Shown: piece by piece, positions 56,098 through 64,000 of the stretch | Layout of the letters: every line of letters starts with the position of its first letter | Numbering within the stretch: position 1 is the first letter of the stretch | Assembly: GCA_965242525.1 (NCBI GenBank) | Contig: OZ251459.1 | Location: forward strand, 352,001-416,000 | Direction: 5' to 3' | Origin: an uncultured Candidatus Binatia bacterium | Lineage (GTDB): Bacteria; Desulfobacterota; Binatia; UBA9968; JAJDTQ01 | DNA length: 64,000 nucleotides | The notes under the pieces: model-generated | Told to the model about the DNA's origin: nothing | Seen by the model: the letters and a program-made list of their open reading frames with translations, nothing else | Databases searched by the model: none | Position numbers and translations under genes: made by a program

Positions 56098-56580
56098 GTG
56101 TCACGACTCGTAGGCAAGGAACTCCCGGACGAGCTGTTCGCGCTCATGGCCGGCGGAGAGGCCCAGGCGGGCAAGGTGGTGGTCATGGCCACGGTGGACG
56201 AGAAGGGGTGGGCCCACCCGGCCATGGCCTCCTACTACGAGCTTGCGGCAAAGGGGCCGAGCCGCGTCCACTTGGCCGTGGGCAGGAACAGCACCACGGA
56301 GAGGAACCTCGTGCGCACCGGCGCCCTGACCCTGGTGGTCACCGACCGCGGGGTGAACTTCTACCTGAAGGGGGACGCCCGGCGGACCCGGGAACAGTTG
56401 GCGGACACCCCCTTCGCGCTGTTCCAGGTGGAGCTCCATACGGTGCTGGAGGACCAGGACCCCGGCGCCGCCATCGTCACCGGGGTGCGCTACGAGTGGA
56501 ACCGGAGCCCCGAAGCGGAGTTCATGCAGCAGGTGCTCGACAGGACCCGCGACGCGCTGCGGGCGGCGCCCTGGGAATGA
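56098..56580 (+). CDS. PNPOx-like split-barrel flavoprotein (candidate prFMN maturase)
   Basis: GGAGGAG RBS plus GTG; ATVDEKGWAH.AM.S and S.T..NL.R.G..TL motifs. Confidence 0.65.
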   Translation: MSRLVGKELPDELFALMAGGEAQAGKVVVMATVDEKGWAHPAMASYYELAAKGPSRVHLAVGRNSTTERNLVRTGALTLVVTDRGVNFYLKGDARRTREQLADTPFALFQVELHTVLEDQDPGAAIVTGVRYEWNRSPEAEFMQQVLDRTRDALRAAPWE

Positions 56581-56708
56581 GCGCCAACGAGCGCCGGAGG
56601 GCGCGTCCGGGCCTGCGCTGGCCAGCCGCGGCGGATCGTGCTAGGGGTTGTCCCTGACGCGGGCCGCGGCGTGTCCGCCCACTACAGAAACCCCAAGGAG
56701 GTCCAGGT

Positions 56709-57557
56709 ATGGAACCGGTTGCCATTGACGTGCACGTACACCTTTGCGACGAGTTGACACTCAGTTCCAAGGGCGACCGCCCGAAGCAGATGGCCCAGTA
56801 CTTCAAGAGGGAGCGCAAGCCCGTCTCCATCGACGAGATGGCCGACCAATACCGTGCGCGCAAGATGATGGCGGTGATCCAGAACACCACCGACGAGACC
56901 ATCACGGGGTTGAAGCCGGTGCCCAACGACCACGTGGCCGACGGGGTGAAGCGGAATTCCGACGTCTTCATGGGGTTCGGCGTCATCGATCCGTGGCAGC
57001 AGAAGGTGGCGCTGCAGGAGATCCGGCGCATCAAGGACCTGGGGTTGCACGGCGTGGGCGAGATCAACCCCGCACGGCAGCAGTTCTTCCCCAACGACAC
57101 CCGCTTCTACCCCTTGTGGGAAGAGTGCCAGAAGCTCGACCTGCCGATCCTGTTCCACAGCGGCATGGCCGGGGCCGGGGCCGGCACCCCCGGAGGCATG
57201 GGCAACAAGCTCAAGTTCACCCAGCCCATCCACCTGGACGACGTGGCCGCGGACTTCCCCCAGTTGAAGATCATCTGCGCCCACCCGTCGTGGCCCTGGA
57301 CCGCGGAGAGCCTCGCCATCGCCCGGCACAAGAGCAACTTCTTCATCGACCTGTCCGGGTGGTCGCCCAAGTACTTCGCCGCGGAGCTGGTCCAGCAGGT
57401 CAACTCCATACTCCAGGACAAGGCCATGTTCGGCTCGGACTGGCCGGCCATCGGCGTGGAGCGCTGGCTCGAGGACTTCGCCAAGCTCAGCATCAAGCCG
57501 GAAGTGAAGCAGAAGCTCATGCTGGACAACGCCAGGAAGTTCTTCGGCCTGAACTGA
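56709..57557 (+). CDS. Amidohydrolase family protein (Amidohydro_2)
   Basis: IDVHVH, LFHSG, AHP.WPW, DLSGWSPKY and FGSDWP motifs. Confidence 0.9.
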   Translation: MEPVAIDVHVHLCDELTLSSKGDRPKQMAQYFKRERKPVSIDEMADQYRARKMMAVIQNTTDETITGLKPVPNDHVADGVKRNSDVFMGFGVIDPWQQKVALQEIRRIKDLGLHGVGEINPARQQFFPNDTRFYPLWEECQKLDLPILFHSGMAGAGAGTPGGMGNKLKFTQPIHLDDVAADFPQLKIICAHPSWPWTAESLAIARHKSNFFIDLSGWSPKYFAAELVQQVNSILQDKAMFGSDWPAIGVERWLEDFAKLSIKPEVKQKLMLDNARKFFGLN

Positions 57558-57637
57558 GGCGCCGTCTCCGCATCCGGGCGCTGGAGGAAAGCGGGGCGGT
57601 CCCGGAGGCCCCCTTTCCTCCGCCCCGAGCGCTCCCC

Positions 57638-58987
<1,350 letters not shown>

Positions 58988-58991
58988 CGTG

Positions 58992-60596
58992 ATGAAGGAC
59001 GGGACGGAGCCGGCGGCGTTCGCCGCCATCGACGTGGGCTCCAACGCCATGCGGCTCAAGATCGTCGGGTTGGAGGCCGACGGCTCCGTCCGGAGCCTGT
59101 GCCAGCAGCGGGCGCCGGTGCGCCTGGGGCACGAGGTCTTCCTCACCGGCTTCCTCAACGAGGGCCTGATCGAGAAGGCGGTGGAGGCCTTCGGCGAGTT
59201 CCGCGGCGCCATCGACGAGTGGAAGGTGCGGTCCACCCGGGCCATCGCCACCAGCGCCGCGCGGGAAGCCGTCAACGGCGACGTGCTGGTCCAGAGGGTG
59301 TTCAGCCGCACGGGGATCCGCCTGGAGCGGATCTCCGGCGTGGAGGAGGCGCGGCTGGTCCAGCTCGCCGTATCCCGAAGGCTGGACCTGCGGAACAAGA
59401 CCGTGCTGGTCATCGACATCGGCGGCGGCAGCGTGGAGTTCGACATCGTCCGCCGCGGCTCCATCGTCTATTCCAACAGCCTGCGCCTGGGCGCGGTGAG
59501 GATGCACGAGACCTTCCTCCGGAGCGAGCGCGTCTCCGACATCCAGGTGCTGCTGCTCCGGGCCTACATGGACCAGTTGGTGGAAGCGACCCTGAACGCG
59601 GTGAACGAGCACGAGATCGACCTGATCGTCGGCACCGGCGGCAACGTGGAAGACCTGGCCGCCCTCATCGGCGTCGAGTCCGACCGGGAGGCCGAGGGCA
59701 TCCCGAAAGACGTGCGCTTCATTCCCCTGCGCAGACTGCAAACCCTGCTCAAGGAGCTTTCGCGGTTGAGCGTCGCGGAGCGCATGGAGGAATACGGCAT
59801 GAAGCCCGACCGCGCGGACGTGGTGCTGCCGGCCGCGGTGGTGCTCAGCGAGGTGGTGGGCAAGGTCCCGGGCTCGCACGGGCTCTATTCGCCGGACGTG
59901 GGTCTCAAGGACGGCGTGCTGGTGGAGGTCATCGACCGTTTCAAGCGCTCCTGGGACTCGACGTCGGAGGAGACGGAGATCATCAAGGCGGCCACGACCC
60001 TCGGGCAGAAGTACCGCTTCCACCTGGGCCACGCCCGGCAGGTGCGGTACCTGGCGGAGTTGCTGTTCGACCGGCTGGCGCCGTTGCACGGCCTGCCCGG
60101 GGAGGCGCGGACGCTCCTCCGGGTGGCGGCCACCCTGCACGACATCGGCGATTTCGTCCACCTCTCCGGCCACCACAAGCATTCGTTCTACCTCATACGC
60201 AACTCGGAGATCGTGGGGCTGGGGCCGGGCCAACTGGAGCTCGTGGCCAACGTGGCGCGCTACCACCGCAAGGCCTTCCCCAACGCCCAGAAGCACGAGC
60301 CCTTTCGCGCCCTGTCGGAATCCGGGCGGGAATGGGTGGTGAAGCTGGCCGCGGTCCTGCGGGTGGCCGACGCCCTGGACCACGAGCACCGGTCGGTGGT
60401 GGACGACCTGGAGGTCCGCATCCGGCGGCGTTCGGTGACCATCGACCTCCAGTCCATGGGACCGTGCCTGCTGGAGCGCTGGCGCCTGCAGGAGAAGGGC
60501 CGCCTCTTTGAGGCGACCTTCGGCCGGAGCATCGAGTTGCTGGTCAACGCCGCGCGGGTCTCGACCCCGGCCCAATCCGGACCCGCGGCTAATTGA
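58992..60596 (+). CDS. ppx: Ppx/GppA exopolyphosphatase with HD domain
   Basis: AAIDVGSN, ATSAAREA.N, ISG.EEA, DIGGGSVE, LHDIG, HHKHS and ARYHRK motifs. Confidence 0.85.
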   Translation: MKDGTEPAAFAAIDVGSNAMRLKIVGLEADGSVRSLCQQRAPVRLGHEVFLTGFLNEGLIEKAVEAFGEFRGAIDEWKVRSTRAIATSAAREAVNGDVLVQRVFSRTGIRLERISGVEEARLVQLAVSRRLDLRNKTVLVIDIGGGSVEFDIVRRGSIVYSNSLRLGAVRMHETFLRSERVSDIQVLLLRAYMDQLVEATLNAVNEHEIDLIVGTGGNVEDLAALIGVESDREAEGIPKDVRFIPLRRLQTLLKELSRLSVAERMEEYGMKPDRADVVLPAAVVLSEVVGKVPGSHGLYSPDVGLKDGVLVEVIDRFKRSWDSTSEETEIIKAATTLGQKYRFHLGHARQVRYLAELLFDRLAPLHGLPGEARTLLRVAATLHDIGDFVHLSGHHKHSFYLIRNSEIVGLGPGQLELVANVARYHRKAFPNAQKHEPFRALSESGREWVVKLAAVLRVADALDHEHRSVVDDLEVRIRRRSVTIDLQSMGPCLLERWRLQEKGRLFEATFGRSIELLVNAARVSTPAQSGPAAN

Positions 60597-61275
60597 GGGT
60601 GCGCGGGCCGGAGGTCGGGGTCGCCGGCGGGGCTTCGCCGCCCAACTCCAGCAGGCTGAGGAGGACCTTCTCCCGTTCCCCCGGGGACCCGGCTTCCAGC
60701 AGCGCCTGCTTCTCCGATGGGTGGAAGGGCACGGCGACCCCCAGGGTGTTCACGAGGTCGGCGTCGGGTATGGGGTCGAGCCGGTCCATGTCGATGGCGA
60801 GGCCCCGGGCCTGGGCGTAGCGGCCCAGGGCCCGGGTCAGACGCGGACGATCCACGGCCTCGGCCCCGGCGTCCCGAAGGTCCCCGAAGCACTCGTAGTC
60901 CGGCCGCACGCGCCGGTAGCCGCGTTCGAGGGACAGCTCTTCCCTGACCCGGAAGCGGCTGATCCCCCGGAGCTGCACCATGTAGCGCCCGTCGGCAGAC
61001 TTCTCCCACCGCTCGATGTGTCCGGCGCAACCCACGTCGTAGAGTTCGGGCGCGGCGCCCTCGGCCCCGGGCCGGGGCAGGTTGTCGTCCTGGGGAACGA
61101 AGGGCTGGATCATGCCGAAGACGCCCTCGGCCTCCAGCGCGTCGTGCACCATGTTCCGGTAGCGGGTCTCGAATATGTGCAGCGGCAGCCGCGTGCCCGG
61201 CAGCAGCAGCACCCCGGTAAGCGGAAAGACCGACAGGACCTCGGGCAACGAGACCGAAGCGGCTTTGTCTTCCAT
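60589..61275 (-). CDS. LON peptidase substrate-binding (N-terminal) domain protein
   Basis: VFPL.GVLLLPG..LPLHIFE.RY, DGRY, G.SRF and EKQALLE motifs. Confidence 0.9.
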   Translation of the reverse strand: MEDKAASVSLPEVLSVFPLTGVLLLPGTRLPLHIFETRYRNMVHDALEAEGVFGMIQPFVPQDDNLPRPGAEGAAPELYDVGCAGHIERWEKSADGRYMVQLRGISRFRVREELSLERGYRRVRPDYECFGDLRDAGAEAVDRPRLTRALGRYAQARGLAIDMDRLDPIPDADLVNTLGVAVPFHPSEKQALLEAGSPGEREKVLLSLLELGGEAPPATPTSGPRTLN

Positions 61276-61294
61276 GCGCACCTCCCTCCACCCG

Positions 61295-61322
61295 ATTATA
61301 GAGCCTGTCCCCGGACGGTCAA
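61295..61322 (-). promoter_or_regulatory. Putative sigma70 promoter for the LON-domain gene
   Basis: TTGACC-N16-TATAAT. Confidence 0.55.
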
Positions 61323-61500
61323 CCGCGGACGGGGCAGGGGTCGCTTTCGGGCCGGCCCGTCGCGCGGAACGCCGTCGCGTCCGCAGGGGCGGGCCGAGGC
61401 GGAGCCGCGGGCGGACGCGCGCCCGCGCGGGTTGAAGCGGGCGGCGAAACAGGGAATAGTGGGGCTTCGAGTCTGTTTCATGGCTGAAAGGAGCGCCGTC

Positions 61501-62670
61501 ATGTGGAAGGGATTCAAGGTCATCGACGCGGACGCGCACATGCACGAGCCCAAGTACCTGTGGGAGAGGTACGTGGAGCCGGCCTACCGGGACCAGGCGC
61601 CCAAGGTGGCGTTCATGGACGGGGCCTTCATGGTTTACGAGCCGGACGGGCGGATCATCCCCAAGAGCGAGAAGCAGCCGAAGCTTCCGGCCACCGCGTG
61701 GGCCGACATGGAAGCCAAGTACGGGGAAGGGTACCGCACCTGGTGGTCCGCGGAAACGCGCCTCAAGGACATGGACGCCTACGGCTGGGACGTCCAGGTG
61801 CTGCTGCCCACGGGCAACAACGGCAACTTCGCCTACCGGGTGGCCCTCAAGGACGGCAAGCTGGGCGCCGCCATGTGCCGCGCCTACAACAACTGGTGCC
61901 GGGACTACTGCGACGCCGACCCGGGGCGGCTGAAGTTCGTCGCGGTCCTTCCCGGGGGAGACGTGGACGCCATGGTGGTCGAGGCTCGGCGGGCGGTGGG
62001 GGAGCTCGGGGCCGTCTCCGTCCGCAACCCCTTCCTGCCGGAAGGGAAGTGGCTGCACGACTCCGAGAACGACGCGCTGTGGGAGCTGGCCTGCGAGCTG
62101 GACTTTCCCATAACGGTCCACGGCGAGTACCGCCAGCGCCGCTTCCACCCCTTTGCCGGCGGCAACCGCGGCAACGTGGACGACCGGGACCTCCAGCAGC
62201 TCGCCCTGCGGGGCCTGGACCACGCGCTGGGGTTCCCGTGCGACAACATGGCGACCATGGGCCACTTCATCTTCACCGGCATCCTGGAGCGTTTCCCGGC
62301 GCTGCGGCTGGGCATCCTGGAGTCCAACGTGGGCTGGGTCCCGTTCTGGCTCGGGCGCATGGACGAGCACACCCACGGCCGCAACAGCGTCATGGGAAAC
62401 GCGGTGGAGCGGCTGCCGCTGCTGCCCAGCGAGTACTTCGCCCGGCAGGTCACGGTCACGTGCGACAGCGACGAACGCGCCCTGTCGTACGCGGTGGAGC
62501 ACCTGGACGGCGACAACATCGCCTGGAACACGGACTACCCGCATCCGGACGCGCCCCGGCCGGAGAAGGCGCTGCCGGACCTGGATGCGCAGCCCATATC
62601 CGACGAAGCCAAGGGCAAGATCCTGTGGGACAACGCGGTGAAACTCTACGGCCCCCGGATACTTGCGTGA
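61501..62670 (+). CDS. Amidohydrolase family protein (Amidohydro_2)
   Basis: IDADAH, RAYNNW, VH, G.LERFP.LR...LE..GWVP and TDYPH.D motifs; AGGAG RBS. Confidence 0.9.
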   Translation: MWKGFKVIDADAHMHEPKYLWERYVEPAYRDQAPKVAFMDGAFMVYEPDGRIIPKSEKQPKLPATAWADMEAKYGEGYRTWWSAETRLKDMDAYGWDVQVLLPTGNNGNFAYRVALKDGKLGAAMCRAYNNWCRDYCDADPGRLKFVAVLPGGDVDAMVVEARRAVGELGAVSVRNPFLPEGKWLHDSENDALWELACELDFPITVHGEYRQRRFHPFAGGNRGNVDDRDLQQLALRGLDHALGFPCDNMATMGHFIFTGILERFPALRLGILESNVGWVPFWLGRMDEHTHGRNSVMGNAVERLPLLPSEYFARQVTVTCDSDERALSYAVEHLDGDNIAWNTDYPHPDAPRPEKALPDLDAQPISDEAKGKILWDNAVKLYGPRILA

Positions 62671-62704
62671 CGCCGCGGACCTGTACGCAGGGGATCCCAC
62701 CATC

Positions 62705-62743
62705 CCGTTCGTCCTGAGCGTAGCGAAGCGAAGTCGAAGGACG
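62705..62743. repeat. MITE/REP-like core copy
   Basis: CCGTTCGTCCTGAGCGTAGCGAAGCGAAGTCGAAGGACG. Confidence 0.8.
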
Positions 62744-62780
62744 CGCTCTTCGTAACCCCTGACTCCCGAAAGGACCCCTC

Positions 62781-63263
62781 ATGCCCGACCTCATTACCCT
62801 CGGACGACCCCTTGGCGAGCTGCTCAAGGAGAAGGGACAGACCGTCGCGGTGGCCGAATCCTCCACCGGCGGGTTGGTCTCCGCGGCGCTGCTGGCGCTG
62901 CCCGGCGCCTCGGCGTACTTCGTGGGCGGCGGCGTGATCTACACCCGGCACGCCCGGTCAGGGCTGTTGCTGATGCCCGAAAGCGAGGCGACGGCGCGAG
63001 GCAGCACGGAACCCTATGCGCTGCGCACGGCCCGGCTGGTCCGGGAGCGGTTGCACGCCACCTGGGGGCTGGCGGAAAGCGGCGCCGCGGGTCCTTCCGG
63101 GAACCGTTACGGAGACGCCCCGGGGCACAGTTGCATGGCGGTCGCGGGACCGGTGGAGAAGGCCGTCACCGTGGAGACCGGCCAAGCGGACCGGGAAGCC
63201 AACATGTGGGCCTTCGCCAGGGCCGCCCTGGACCTTCTGGAGGACGCGGTCCGGTCGGGTTAG
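62781..63263 (+). CDS. CinA C-terminal / PncC-like protein
   Basis: VAESSTGG, PGASAYF.GG and ESGAAGP motifs. Confidence 0.85.
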   Translation: MPDLITLGRPLGELLKEKGQTVAVAESSTGGLVSAALLALPGASAYFVGGGVIYTRHARSGLLLMPESEATARGSTEPYALRTARLVRERLHATWGLAESGAAGPSGNRYGDAPGHSCMAVAGPVEKAVTVETGQADREANMWAFARAALDLLEDAVRSG

Positions 63264-63466
63264 GGAACGTCGGAGCCATTCCGGTTCGAGTGCCATCTCC
63301 CATGGGAAAGGGCGTCCTTCGACTTCGCTTCGCTACGCTCAGGACGAACGGAGTTTTTCGCGATGCTACGCTCAGGACGAAGAGGGGCCTTCGCTTCACA
63401 GTCCGATTCCCTCCGCTTCGCGATCCGATTCCCTCCCCCCTCGAGGGGGAGGGTCAGGGTGGGGGG
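63261..63466. repeat. Repeat cluster: inverted MITE/REP core plus a partial core, then a CCCTCCCCCCTCGAGGGGGAGGG hairpin repeat
   Basis: Core at about 63313-63351 and partial at about 63366-63381; the hairpin at about 63431-63453 resembles 31271-31290. Confidence 0.7.
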
Positions 63467-63567
63467 CGCCCGCACCGACGGACCTGGGACGAACGAGGAC
63501 CGTCGTCCAGGGTTTCCTCGGGCGAACTCGTCCCGTTCCGGCCGAACCCTGTTCCGACAACGCGCCC

Positions 63568-64000
63568 CTATTCCGACAACGCGCGGAGCACCGTGCGGCT
63601 GACCTCGAACAGCCGGTGGTCACGGCAGCGCCGCCCGATTACTTGCAGCCCCACGGGCAGACCGGTGGGCCCCTCGAACACCGGGAGGGTGACGCACGGC
63701 GCGTGGGTCCAGGTGGCGAGTATGTTGAAGGAGGTGTCCCCGGTGTCGTCCAGTCCTTCGGGGGCTTCCCCGGTGGCGCCCGGAGTCAGGAGCGCGTCGA
63801 AGTCCTTGGCCGCCTCTTCCAGGTAGGCCCTGCACGCGGCCACCACCCGCTCCCCCTCCCGGTACTCCTCGTAGGAGACCTTCGGCCAGTCGGCCAGCTT
63901 GCCTTGCTGGAACTCGCTCAGCCGGTGGAAACAGTGGTTCCGTTCCCACGACAGCGCGCGTGCGAGCTCGTACTCGCTGACCCGGCGGCCCATGGTCTCG
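63568..64000 (-). CDS. Amidase-signature family protein, C-terminal part (truncated by the window edge)
   Basis: FDALLTP...GEAP..L..TGD..FN...T....PCVTLP...GP.GLPVGLQ. Confidence 0.85.
   Translation of the reverse strand, partial: ETMGRRVSEYELARALSWERNHCFHRLSEFQQGKLADWPKVSYEEYREGERVVAACRAYLEEAAKDFDALLTPGATGEAPEGLDDTGDTSFNILATWTHAPCVTLPVFEGPTGLPVGLQVIGRRCRDHRLFEVSRTVLRALSE

Overview
High-GC bacterial window, mostly catabolic and transport genes (TRAP, TAXI, ABC and MFS transporters, amidohydrolases). The gene content suggests a deltaproteobacterial/Binatia-like lineage, possibly host-associated (inference only). I found no rRNA, tRNA or CRISPR array. Main points: (1) an operon at 24140-30759 (-) encoding a DUF692/MNIO enzyme, a DUF2063-like partner, a peptidase-less type I secretion ABC transporter, HlyD, a TauD-like dioxygenase and an atypical SDR, with no visible precursor peptide; (2) an integrase-free insertion hotspot at 40265-50372 where three cargo modules (M.PvuII-like methyltransferase plus HNH nuclease; PHP-ATPase plus AlbA_2-HATPase; a metzincin/TbpB-barrel lipoprotein) sit between 66-296 bp diverged duplications of host sequence; (3) apparent avoidance of CAGCTG across the window; (4) three near-identical paralogous membrane proteins with a variable loop; (5) a candidate prFMN supply module (archaeal-type CTP-dependent riboflavin kinase, UbiX, two split-barrel flavoproteins) next to CoxD/CoxE/XdhC-like genes; (6) a MITE/REP-like repeat family at about 8 loci. 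All family assignments come from reading motifs by eye; no database searches were run.
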